Source: Phoronis australis
Lineage: Eukaryota > Animalia > Phoronida
Length of the DNA stretch: 64,000 nt
NCBI GenBank assembly: GCA_002633005.1
Contig: NMRA01000029.1
Location: 760,956-824,955 of the forward strand
Direction: 5' to 3'
Shown here piece after piece: positions 1 to 12,959 of this stretch. Within the stretch, counting starts at the first letter, position 1, and every line of letters starts with the position of its first letter. The notes beneath the pieces are model-generated. The model did no database searches, was not told where the DNA came from, and worked only from the letters and a program-made list of their open reading frames with translations. The translations under genes and the position numbers were made by a program.

Positions 1-325
1 TTTTGTAAAATAATTTAGTGGAATGTTTGCAAAGTACAACACAAAAATTTTTTCTGATGATATCTTCTAAGAATTTTTTATCAGACAGCTCGATACAAGT
101 TGAGTTAGTGTGACGGATATACGTGACCGACGTACGCTCTGAATTTCTAGTATTAGATTGTTTGTTGTGACTAAGATATCAGATCAGAATGATTCAAAAT
201 TTTTCTGTATTTACGCTATATTGGTCTTTTGCTACTAATTCAATGTTTTTTTTAATTAAAAATGTACCGATTGATCTTTTTGCACGAAATCATCACACGT
301 ACGCCTATGCTAGGAATATACGTCA

Positions 326-475
326 AGGCCCAGTTGCATAAGTTATACGCCGTATAGCAACAATGACGTTGCATTATCACGCGTCACGTTGTTATTGTTG
401 AACATTGCACCTGACGTCATGCAACAATCAAACTTATCCAGCGGATAACTTTTGATGCTTTATTGAACTCAGCCC
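326..475. mobile_element. PIF/Harbinger-like MITE (degenerate)
   Basis: Imperfect terminal inverted repeats AGGCCCAGTTGCATA ... TATTGAACTCAGCCC. Confidence 0.4.
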
Positions 476-1795
476 AGGAGTTTAAGTTTTCAATACTTTT
501 GATTAAAGATAAAAAACAATCCATTAAAATATTCACTTCCCTTTGAAGATGGTAAGCAATATTGACGGGAATGAAAGCGATAATCATTTTGTATTTGACA
601 GATATTAGTTATTAAGAAAACCTGTATTTATGCGATAAATAGAATACTAATATAAAATGTGAAACAAAGTTTAAAACAGTGCTAATCAGTCATAAAAACG
701 CATTTTAATTGTTTTTTAAATTTAGAACTCGCTCTAAGCTCGTACAAAATTTTCTCTGAATCATGCTGTTGATGGTTCTGATGCATGCCCATGTAAGTAA
801 TAATGGTGATGATAACGGGACTTCAGTATCTTCTTAAAACAAAGTGTGGAGAATGGCTAGTAGATAGCATCGACTTTTGGCATTCGTGTTTTGATTCAAA
901 TCATCCGTACTGTCTTCCTGTGAAAACAAGACATTTGAAATTAACTGCATTTAGGATTATGATTTATGAATATGTAGAACTAACTTATCAGATGTTGGTT
1001 TCTATTTAGTGATTAGCATGATTAGGTTTTCATCCAGCTCTTTAACTCATGCCTTCTTTTCAAATTTAAAGAGAGGCTTTACTTTAAATAATATCACATC
1101 ACAATACGCGCATGTACTATCAATTTCTTGATCTACGATGGCATTTTGGTCGAGTTCCAGAAAATATTCTGGCAGATATTTATTCTTCTCCTGCTCTTCC
1201 AGTGGTCTACAACAATTTCCTCTATCATTTCTTAATGCGCGTTTAATATCCTCAAAGCTCAGCCGAAAACTTTGATTGAGGGATCAAAAACATGTAAGAT
1301 GAGACAATGTATTCGTTTGGTATGAAATCATTTCATAGAAGACACCCAATAACCCAATACATTGACAAACACAAAAAAGTGACTACAATCTGTGAGAGTG
1401 TGACAAAAATGCTCAAAAATATAAAGTATGTGACAGGTTCCTACCGCTTAAAAATGCCCAGTAGGCCTACAGGCTTTTTCAACACATAACACAGCATAGC
1501 AGGTCAGAGCAGAAATAACACGTTGATTCCAGCGCAACAGTAACTTGACATGTATTCCTTTAGGTCTCTGCACCTTAGGAATTCTTTTGTAAGAATATTT
1601 TTGCATCTTGAATTTCGCAAAAGCTAGGCATTTCATTACAAATACAGGGTTCCAACAGACAAACAATAAGATCATTAAATTAACATTTTGTTTTATTTAC
1701 GTTTGATAATTGCAAAAGTTCTTTGAGTATCCCCATTCGACATGTACACGGTCATCACAAATAGTCGCCTCGACAGCAATGTTTTCCACACGTGA

Positions 1796-3736
1796 GAATT
1801 CCTTACAAACAGCTCATCTTCATAAGAGATACTATTCTTGTGATACTATGGGAAACAGTAACATTATTTTATAACTAACCATCGGAAATAGTCCTTTTGT
1901 GTTGACTTAACGTTCTTCAAAATTCCACCCTTACGATGGCGGTCAATCGTTTTGTATTGTTTCACATTTATTGTCTGTTTAGGTCGAATGTCTTGATAGT
2001 GTTATGCTGTGCAGGAATGTTTGTGTTTTTTAGCGAGTTTGGAATATTAACTTCCCACGTGAATACTTGGCAGTGTCGAATTTACATGTATAGAGGGACC
2101 AAGGGACATTTCCCCCGAAATGCTCCACCGAGAGAGGGCCCTGTCTGAAATGGAATTCCTTAAGATGAAAGGCTAAACATCATTGAGCTTGGAAAAAAGT
2201 GACAGTTCATTCCACCGTCGTGTGGTCACAAGACAGTGCAGGAAGTGACTTTCTTCAACGTGAAAGCCGGTTCCACGATTTCACAAAAAACAGGAAAATA
2301 ATTCCCTCTCTCCATGAGCGACCCCTTAAGAATTTGTGAATAAAAACCCAAAAGGGGTGGCCACTTGAATGTCATCAATGGCCTGTTTCCCTAAATATGA
2401 AAATATCAGTATCTTCAAAAATCCGGAAATGCGTAGCAGTTGATGTTATCTGTCAAGTCATCAATTTTTCTCAAGTGATATACAATTCCAAAAANCCCCC
2501 GCAAATGCACCCACACCTATAGCAATTTTCCCCCAATCCGTATCCGCCAGAATTCGGGTCATTTTTTCACGGAGTCATTATTTATGCTACCCTGGCATAG
2601 TGGGGCATGACGTCATCAGCGGGTGAAACGACAAAACCTTTTTTAAAAATCTCTTTTAACTAAGTTGGAGTTTTGCGTTTTCTCATTGGGTTCATTTTTG
2701 GCCTCTTGCGAACGTTAGTTAGTTTGCGTTTGCGAGAAGACAACACGTGTTCTCTCGCGAACGTGACCCCGTTCGCGAGAACAACGCCGGTCCTCTCGCG
2801 AACGTGAGTTCATTGGCGGACATCTTGGATTGAGGAAAAACGCTCGGGAGGCGAATATAATTTGTCGCGTATCTTCTCAACTGTTGTAGATTTCACGAAA
2901 AAGTGAGAGTGGAGTGGCGCGCGTGATCCATGAGAGTGGGCAATTGTATATTGCAACACTTCATTTTATTTTTTAAGTATTCCTGACAGAATTTGAAATG
3001 GGACCAAGTTATCCGACTATTACGAATTCCTTACAAACAGCTCATCTTCATAAGAGATTCTATTCTTGTGATACTATGGGAAACAGTAACATTATTTTAT
3101 AACTAACCATCGGAAATAGTCCTTTTGTGTGGACTTAACGTTCTTCAAAATTCCACCCTTACGATGGCGGTCAATCATATTGTATTGTTTCACATTTATT
3201 GTCTGTTTAGGTCGAATGTCTTGATAGTGTTATGCTGTGCAGGAATGTTTGTGTTTTTTAGCGAGTTTGGAATATTAACTTCCCTCGTGAATACTTGGTA
3301 GTGTCGAATTTACATGTATAGAGGGACCAAGGGACATTTCCCCCGAAATGCTCCACCGAGAGAGGGCCCTGTCTGAAATGGAACTCCTTAAGATGAAAGG
3401 CTAAACATCATTGAGCTTGGAAAAAAGAGTGACAGTTCATTCCACCGTCGTGTGGTCACAAGACGGTGCAGGAAGTGACTTTCTTCAACGTGAAAGCCGG
3501 TTCCACGATTTCACAAAAAACAGGAAAATAATTCCCTCTCTCCATGAGCGGCCCCTTAAGAATTTGTGAGTAAAAACCCAAAAGGGGTGGCCACTTGAAT
3601 GTCATCAATGGCCTGTTTCAAGGGCGGGGTCCCTAAATATGAAAATATCAGTATCTTCACAAATCCGGAAATGCGTAGCAGTTGATGTTATCTGTCAAGT
3701 CATCAATTTTTCTCAAGTGATATACAATTCCAAAAA
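1796..3736 (+). repeat. ~700-bp near-identical direct duplication (1796-2494 and 3024-~3736), probably two haplotypes
   Basis: Copies differ by scattered substitutions and small indels (copy 2 has an extra CAAGGGCGGGGT); copy 1 ends exactly at the N at 2495. Confidence 0.9.
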
Positions 3737-5007
3737 AAAAAAAAAATAAAGCGACAGTTGTCTTAGTTATCCCTTGCCAGAGAGGGGCCTCTGGAAAATA
3801 TAGTTTTGCATAAACAAAATTGATTGATTGAATTTAAAAATCCAGTAAATTAATATGCTCCGCAAAAGCTTCGCTCTACAAATTTTCTCGATTTTTCCAA
3901 ATATATGTATGAATTATTACGTGCTCGTTTCCAAGTGCGTTTAGACGATCTGTGCTGCTAAAATGGAGACCCTGACAACAATGGGTACTCAAATGGTAAA
4001 CCATACACTGATACAGAGATGAATTTTCTCTCTTATCCGTACTTTGCAATCTTTCTTTTCTCGACTGTCCCCGGTCCCACGCCTATGCCTGAAATTTTGG
4101 GGGGAACGTGCTCCCCTGGCACCCCTCTTCCTACTGTCCATGTATTGAAATTTGTCGCAGAATGTTAAGTTCATTGTTGTGTAACTGTTTCATTAACTGT
4201 CTTCGATGTCATGTACATGTAGCTTACAGTTGACCTAATCGTCTGCATGATCGAGCCCGTCCTGGCATTTCGGCAGCACACGAGTACCTTGACCTCGCGT
4301 TGGTCACTCTTCGCAGCTTCAATCTTTGTGTATCCATCATCTGTGATACACGGGTGAGAAACAACATGACCGCCGGTCNGACTGACGCTCCTAAAAACAT
4401 GACCGCCCCACCACAAAACAGGACCGCCGGGGATTATAACCGCAATGATTAACAGGCTAAGATTTATTACCGTTAGGCCTACACAGATCATAGAATGGGG
4501 CTATATACGTATGCATATGCAGGTCTTGTGCCGATTAATACACCGAAATCTTTTGTGCGCAACAGAGGACACTTCGCTTTGTAATACGCGGTGCTTTTGA
4601 GTTTTACTCATCACTGACCAGGCTACGGCTTAAAAGTGTGCGGCGTTTATGAACTCAATTGCTTAGAGCAGCGCCTCTGGCCGAGTCGACAAACCAGAGG
4701 TAGAAAACTGAACATGGACTTGGCCAGCATAAACCATAACATAGGTCTACCCGAGCACAACAAAACACTGGTTGTCAAAAATAATTTCGAAGCGTGCAAA
4801 GTCAAACAATGCACACCAATGATTTTCGCAAAGTATCCGAAATGTGCAAGCAGTGTGAATACTGAATCCAAACTCACGAAAACCAATTCCACGCGAATTC
4901 ATAAAAAATGGGTCAATTGAATTTTTTCGGATATAATCACATCCATCCTTTTTCAACAGAAACAGAAAAAACGAGAATTCACGTACACGTGAGTTTCAAA
5001 ACTTAAC

Positions 5008-8000
5008 ATGGCTATTTCAGCAGGTATTTAAAACCACTTTTATCATTGGATACTCACGCTATTGAGGAGTTTCTGCATAGTTCAATTTTTGACTTTTTCC
5101 CTTAATTTTAACTAAAATTCACTGACATTTGCCCGGGCTCTAATCATGTATACTCGAAATGGAAACTGGATTATTTTTGACATTTTCTATTTTACTTAAG
5201 TGCAAACTCAAGGTAAGTGTTTATCAGTCTGTGCTCGAGGACGTGACGGTTTACGTGAACGTCTGATCCTAGTTCCCACTTGATGAACCCAACATTGAAG
5301 CCTTATGATCGAGTCACAGACACCTGAATCTTCCAATGACTCAAACTATAAGAAAGTTATTTTGATTAGTATTACTCAGTGTTGTTATCAGTGGTAGATA
5401 CGAGGCACAGATAGATTAAAGTGCCTGTGGTTCGAGCCTTAACAAGAATGAAAGTTTATAATCTAGATATCATGTTTTTACTCGAGTTTGTAGGTCGGAT
5501 AATTACTGTAAATGTGAACTTAGACTAAATTTATATGTGTAAACCATAATGTACTTGAGAACTGGTCAGCACTGATCACAATAGCCGGTTAAGAGCTGAG
5601 CATTGACTATAATCATAACAGAAATTTAAAATCTTGAGTTCGCACAAAAGTAAATCGATAACGTGCACAAAGGTCAGACTCCGGGACTTGAAAACGCATT
5701 GGATTCAGATTCATTAACTTTTACAAAAAATACTTTCGTTACGAATAATGTCGGTTTAAACAAGTTCGCTACTTTCATATTTTCAAACTGATACATTTTT
5801 TAACATTTTAGGTATTCTACTAATCGCTGCTGTTGCCCACGGAAGCTCTGGTAAGATGCACTGCGTGTGCTGCTGCCAAAGATATCAAAACGACATGATC
5901 GTGATTTCAACTACTTTGTTAGTGATTCTTTTCCACCATGACTCCTTACGAATGCTTAGAATTATAAATGACTTTAAAATTGTTTTGTCACTAACGGAAG
6001 GACACACATTCGCGTAAGCATGTCGTTGGCTGTTTTTGCCCGTTCGCACAAAGTGGGGGGTTGGTGCCGAACCCATGGGACTTCTAATCAGAATGCAGAT
6101 TATGGATTAAAAATCTCCATTACACACGAAAGCCAACAAGCGTGTATATGACAGGATTTACTTTTGCTGCCATGATAAAAGTGATACCAAACTAGTAACG
6201 AGTTATCTCTGAGAAGTGAAGAATACGGACGCAGATGACGACGCCGACTCAAATACATGTGACAAGACCGAAAACAGGCTACGACCTAACAACCTCGCTG
6301 ACATGAGGACAGCGTCATCTGGGGATAAAAATCAAACTATTTCCGTGCGGTGGGCAGAACAACTCAATACCATGAATTTGAAATCACAGTCCAAAAAGCC
6401 CTTACCAAGCACTCGAGAATTGACTGACCCCCAGACTACGTAATAGTCAGTTCTTTCCAATCCCAAAAATCTCACCTACAGGTATTTTGTCTAATAAACA
6501 AATTTTAGACCACTTTCTTAACAATAAGTGGCCCTACTGATCATAAGTTGTTTATTGCCACTTACCTTTTTGTGTCACAATAACATGCCACTGTTACTGT
6601 TGTCAGCCCAAAAGGTTTGGAACCCAAGTTTAAAAAAACTTACACAATCTATTGTATTGGAAACCTATAAGTGCGACGTGTTGCATGTCGTGAACATTCC
6701 CTCTAAACGATCACCTAGACCAGGACCAGTTTTATCCACATTCTTTCAGGCACAACTTCTACTGTCGGTTAGTGATGCACATGAGTTAATTCGGTTATAG
6801 TGCGCCATGTTGGAAACTATTCTCCAATGGAGAACTCACGGCTTGGTTTTTTGTTGACAAAATAGCTATTACGTGATCACATTTGAAAATTAGAGAACCC
6901 AGATAGTCTATTTTTTATTTCTCTAGCGATTTTATGGTTGTCATTGGTTTCCGTGTACCAAGAAAAAGGCGAGGATAATTTCAAACTGATGTGAGTAATT
7001 ACCTTAACAATGTGACCTAGTGAATAGAGTCACTCTATTGAAAACAACCAACCTATTGTGAATGGAATGTGGATAGAAACTGGTCCATCTGACCACATGT
7101 CATTGGAGAAATTCAAAAGATTTCTTCAAATCGATCCTCTGGGCGACCAAGGCGTAAACCCATGGCCACTGAATCGAGGGGTGAAAGTTCTGTCACAATG
7201 ATGAAGACATTTTACATAATGTTGCAAAATCATGCTTTTAGGTCTGGGGTGTAGTGCCCTTGTAAAAATGCACTGTCAGGCTAGATAACAGGTTTCGGAC
7301 GAAATCACTAAGCAGGGAGTTGTGCTGTTTAAGGGACACACACGTGTGCTTGGCATATATGGATCAATAGATGATGTAACTCTTTTCATAGATGCCATTT
7401 GGTCCGAGTGGTTGGAAGTACTTGGAAGGTGCACAGCGACATGTGGTTTTGATATGTACCGAGTACAACAACGCACTCGACAAGGAGAGACGCAAACCAG
7501 GATTACGAAAGATTCCGACTTACGTTGCAATCCGTTCAGACAATGTCGTGAGTGCAGTTATTGTCCCTAGGATACGATGTGCAATTACTTAAAAATACAT
7601 AATTATAAAAGTCCGTTTTTCTGACAGTCTTCATCTGTTTATCCGGCGTTTACGTGTACGTGGATGCTTGTGCAAAGAAGAGTTTTGTGTGTGTGAATTA
7701 AATTGGGTTCTCTTGCTGTCTTGGTTCAATGCCCCGGCTATAGGCTATGGATTTTCCAACGAGGAAGTCTTGTGCACAATTTTTTATAAAGCAAATGTTT
7801 CGGGAAAGCGTTATACTTAACTACATACGAGAATAACAAAATAAATTCCAGACGATGAAACTTACTAAGCACCAGGAACTTAGGTTCCTGGTATTATTTA
7901 CTGAACGATCGACTCTAAACTGAATTCAACCGGAGCAGACAGCACGGGAATACAAAACGCGCCGCGGGGGAGGCCAAATGCCAGCAGGTACTATTCAGGA

Positions 8001-11000
8001 TTTTGCAGACGGTCAGTTTAAGTGACAGTGAGAAAAGAGAATGAAGAGATTCCTTAGCGCTTGCAAACTGCGCTCTTTATCTACCCGCCTCCCGTTTCGT
8101 AAAATCATTTAACAGTAGCGTTTTTCTCGAAATAGCAATCGACGGAAGCTGGGGCCAATGGTCAGTTAAAGCCACGTGCAAGTCAGACAACTCTTGGCAA
8201 TTGAGGACTCGAAACTGTGATCATCCATCACCTGCATACGGAGGGCAAAAATGCCCGGGCTCGAACAATGAGAAAAGGCCTTGCCCACCTGGTATGAAGT
8301 CATTTTTAGGTCGATTAATGCTTTCAGTAGACGTAATTCCGCCATACCAAATCGGGTACCTTACGTACATCGACAAACACTGATTCACAACAGGGTAGGA
8401 TATGGTATTGGGACAATATGGACATCACTTCTATGTTTATAAAGAGCATATCCTGTGCCGGATTAGAGGGCGCCATGGACACCTGGGTCGAGTACAGTGA
8501 CGATGTCACCTACGTTAGGATCTCGCTAAAATCTAGCCAAAGTCACGTGTTTGCATTTAAAATACACAGTAGTATCTCACGTAATCTCACGAAGTCTTGC
8601 TGTTCAGCGATCGAGGTCCTAGTGATACTGAACTCTATCCTCTATTGTGCGTAGCGAGGCCTTTGGTCTGATGCAGGTCTAGCTAATCCACTTCACCTCA
8701 AATATATATATATACCTACACCGGTACCGTCTCTTAAAAAAGTCACCGTTACCCTTTTTGACTGAAAAACGTATGAATGTCATAAGATCTTATAATGCGT
8801 TTCCAAACCGCTAATTTTCATGTTCTATGACCATGTGGGAACTGAATGAGTAGTGATCGAGCCGGGAATCCACGTTCTGTAGCACGTCGAATTTCGTACA
8901 TGTACGTTACTTGCTTAGGGAAGTCTAAATTGGCTGGTCACGTGGGTGTCGTCGTCAGTCCTGGACCACGTGGTCTGTCACGATATCGCTTTTCGTAATT
9001 GTGTTGCAGTGGAAGCAACATGGAGCAGTTGGCAAACAGGGCGGTGCTCCGTAACTTGCGGCACCAAACATGGAACATTGTATTACAACAGAACATGCAT
9101 CAACCCAGACGGAGGACCCGATTGTAAAGGTCCTTCCAAGCAGACGAGATTCTGTATACCCGGCCTGCGCCAGTGTACCGACAAAGTTGGTAAGTCATCG
9201 ACAAATCAAGCCTTAATCAAGGCGTTTTAATCCACCCATGTCAATCAGGGTACAAGTTGTGCTGACCGCTTTTAGGAGATCCTTTAATGGACCCATGTAT
9301 TGGTGATGGAAATCATGCAAAAACCCGAATGAGCAACTTTTGTGTTTACAAACAGAGGGCGTTAAAGTGCTCTAGTATTACTAACGTAGTATCTGGTACC
9401 ACTAACCTAAATGTATATTGTGCTTCACAAGTTGGTCTCTTGAAAGAGCAACTGAACAACGTCAGTCCCACTTCAAATCTTCAGTTTCGTTTGACGAAGT
9501 GTGCTACTGGAAACTGATTGGTTTCCCTGAGTACATCCTTTTGAAGATACGACAAGATGCATTTTTTAGAGACAAAGTAGGATGAAGAAAGATCCAGTGA
9601 CCCAGTGATCTTAGCGTCTAGCTCCTCGTGCATAAAGGTTTCAGTCTAACAAAACCACGAGCGGATCCAGGATTTTTTTTTTTTGGGGGGGGGGCAGGAC
9701 AAAGCATTAACCACGATTTTGCCAGTCAGATATTCACACCCTCCCACTGCCAGATGAAATTTGGGAGTTTTAGGGAGGGGGGCATGGCCCCCCTCTAAAT
9801 CCGCTACTGAAAACCCTTTTAAATCCATGCCAAATGCTTAGGGCTGATCATTTAACTGAAATTATATTGAAAAAGAACTTTTTTAATGCAACAATCCTCA
9901 CTATCCAGTAAAGTTCCAACCAGGAAGCAAATCCTTTGGGGAGAATTAAATGGGAAAAGGCGCCCTTTAGCAGAAAGCCTCAACCGCCAGGGCGGCACTT
10001 CTCGCTCTTCGTCTCCATATGTAATCGTATCCCAGACTGAAATCCTGCGCAAATACAGAACTGATTAGTGCAAACAGATCTTATTTTCATGTCAACGCAA
10101 CTCCTGGGAATTATAGAGTTGTACCCTTAGTAAACCTTTGTTACTATTACCTTCTGTATTTTTTAAGATTCATGCTCGGTTAAATTTGCATTTCCCGTTT
10201 CCTTGGCTAAAAACGAAAATCACATTGGTCTTAACTATCACGAAATCAGTCTAGCAACATTGCTTACCGCGGATTCTAGGATTATATTTCACCTCCAACT
10301 CGAAGTTAAAGCAATGCGTACATGCTCCATATTCGCCCGTTTCAGGGTTAACCAACAAAATAAACACTCGAACCTTTTTTCTACCACTGATGACTCCGAT
10401 TCTCTAGTTGGTAAAGGAAACAGAATCCCATCATAGTTATCTATATTACGATATCGATTTTATGAGAGCAAATGGCCGAATTCGTCGTTTTTAGCCAGCT
10501 AACTGGCGCAAAAGTTTTACTCACTTTATTCATTCACTCAGTCACCCACCAGCCCACACGCCCTAACCCGCCCACCCCAGTGTTGCGTCAGGGAGTGATT
10601 GCAGTCTCTCGGAGATTCCGGCGAGCTCAGGTGGTGTGCCGTTCGGGTGTTTGGGCCGACAGCAATTCTCAGCGCCCAATTCTGAATTCTTTAGATTTTC
10701 GCGACTATTGTAGGGACACAGGTTGAAATGTCGCAAGCACTGTATTCGAACATGATGCATAGATTTTTAATCCTCAGCACAACATGTGGCTGACATTTAG
10801 CCCTGTGCAGAGGTTCACAGTACACATAAGTGGACACGTATATACAATGTAGACAAAATGTAGAGCGAACTAGTGTACAAATATTTAAGAAAATGTAGGA
10901 CTTTAACAATGTATTAAAAGTTGCAATGTAAAGGCAGAGTCAAGAAAATGATGTAAACGGAAAAAAACACAACGCTGCCTCAATGCTTCATACAGATGTA

Positions 11001-11456
11001 TTCCGAATGTGTAGACTGCCACCAAACTAGATTTTAAAAAATGATAGTCTATCCCACACTCTCCCTGGCCTTTGTTTACTGAAGCAAAATCCAAAGTTTG
11101 TGTTCTTTTGCCGCTTTAATTTGGTACTTGACGTTACCTTTTCAGTTGATGGTCAATGGGGCCGCTGGACGGACAACTACGAAAGCACAGACTGTTATTG
11201 TGAAAAGTTTAAAAAAACCATTCTGACAAGATATTGCTCAGACCCACCTCCTCAAAACGGTGGTAAGCCTTGCAAAGGAGTGAACAAGCGCACTATTCGT
11301 GAAGCGTGTTTCCCCTATGTGGATTGCAAGTCCTTTCCGGTAACCCTTCCGCCAACTGTCGTTCAATTCATAAGAGGGAATGGAGCCTCCTTTCTTGGCA
11401 TGTCCGCTATGTCATGGATTTGTGTTTTGGGACTAGCCACGGAACTCGCCTTCTAG
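5008..11456 (+). CDS. Secreted, probably GPI-anchored protein with four TSP1 repeats (~291 aa, spliced)
   Basis: Exons: 5008-5023 (tentative, MAISA), 5812-5850 (GILLIAAVAHGSS), 6750-6767 (tentative microexon), 7392-7547 (DAIWSEW..CTATCG..RVQQRTR), 8136-8291 (IDGSWGQW..RTRNCDHPSPAYGGQKCPG), 9010-9189 (VEATWSSW..CSVTCG..NRTC), 11146-11456 (VDGQWGRW..TRYCSDPPPQNGGKPCKG.. then GNGASFLGMSAMSWICVLGLATELAF*). All introns are GT-AG and phase 1. AATAAA at 11520-11525. The four TSP1 exons are secure; the 5' exons are less so. Confidence 0.8.
9656..9809. mobile_element. GC-rich hAT-type MITE (GCGGATCC/GGATCCGC family)
   Basis: Ends CACGAGCGGAT ... ATCCGCTACTG with internal GGGGGCATGGCCCCCC; related to 27368-27666. 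Confidence 0.6.
10483..10680. mobile_element. Possible Helentron-associated (HINE/pearl-like) element
   Basis: TTTTTAG start, short hairpin GCCAG-CTAA-CTGGC, then a (TCAC/TCAT)n-like tract and a CpG-rich body; boundaries uncertain. Confidence 0.3.
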
Positions 11457-12959
11457 CTACAATCCCACTCTTTCACAAACGTTACACGAAACGATGCAAA
11501 AATAATTTTGACCAATGAAAATAAATTTCAAGAAGAACTAAGCTGAACACTGTGTTTCTTTCATACAAAATAGGGGGCATTCCGTATGATAACCTGTAAA
11601 ATATACGAACAATAAGTACCAGCAGGCATCTCGATCCATCCACTTTGAAAATCATAGAACTGAATTGTTGCATGGCCACGGATCGTCTCCGTTGCAGTTA
11701 AGTCTACACTTCGCTGCCGATCATCGCAGCCCGTCGTCGTGTTGTCTCCGAAATTCCACTCACCCAGTACTAACACCCCTCACCATTACAGGACCCTATA
11801 TCTTATCAAAAACCATTAGCGACTTAAGAAAACACTTCAGTTTATTGGGGTGAGCCAACCCTAAGTTTTTATAACTCAAAAATGCCCCATGTATACAATG
11901 GTCAAAAATTGTGGCCAGCTTACCTAGTTTTTAAACCCCAAAGTGCCCCAGTTAAGAATTCAACATCGACAGTTCATAATTGTGTTAATGTAACTACAAA
12001 GAATGCCATCATTTTATGTCTCAGAAATTCTAATATATTAAACTTTTGCCACACCATTTCAACTTCTGCCCTACACACAGCAGCCATACAAGGTCAAATG
12101 ATTTTAATTTGTTCAACAGGTTTCACTTCTTGCAACAGCACACTGCATCACCCAACAATCCACATTGCAATACAATTCAGGAATATATTTTAGAAGGGGT
12201 ATTGGTGGACGTGTGTAGGGCAGCACCAGATCACTGATGTACCAGCCCGCCATTACTCTATGCAGTTGGCACACCCTTGTCCTCCTTCAGAGGTGCGGAT
12301 GCCACCCAATCGTCATTCCCTCAAGAATTATGTGTCAACTGAACGTCATTAAATCTTGCCAGACCAAAGACAAAAGTTAACAAGAAATACTTGTACAATT
12401 TTATATTACAAACCATAAAATGAAATGCATTTCCATCATCATGATCATACTAGTATCAGAAAAATTTGATCTTTACCAACGAGGTATCATTAATTAATTG
12501 TAAATTAGCCTGTTAAGTTATGTTGCAGAGCTAATTGCAGCGGTATCTAATTAGCAAAAGGTTTCCTTCCTTTATGAGTTTGCCATCCAACTGTCCCTTA
12601 TTTTGAGAGCACCTATTGTGACGACAAATGAAATGCAAGAGAGAATTTCCATATATCTCTGCACCACCCTAAGATGTAATCGATGGGTGAGAAAATTTTG
12701 CAGTTCTAGAGTTGCTAGTCAAAACATCAATTGTTACAGATTGGATGCTAACTTGAATCTCACCCAACTGAACGTTTTGTTTTGCATCGTATCGATTATT
12801 AAAAAATTGACCGTCTTTTGAATACTGATTTGCGTACATCAAGAAATCTCAACATTTCCTTTCAACTCCTGGTCCAGAAAAAGCTGCAAAGAAACCTATG
12901 ACAGACTGGGAAGAAATAAATAGGCACGGTGTTGTCTCACGCTGTTCTCTCACACACGA

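Noticed and set aside
4171-4956. Cluster of overlapping 69-106 aa ORFs
   Set aside because: No recognisable motifs, one spans an N, and the region contains short repeats (CATGACCGCC) typical of a repeat element.
5159-5212. Alternative first exon METGLFLTFSILLKCKLK with a strong AAG|GTAAGT donor
   Set aside because: It ends in phase 0, whereas the signal-peptide exon at 5812 is open only in phase 1 (phase 0 hits TAA); it could still be a non-coding or alternative exon.
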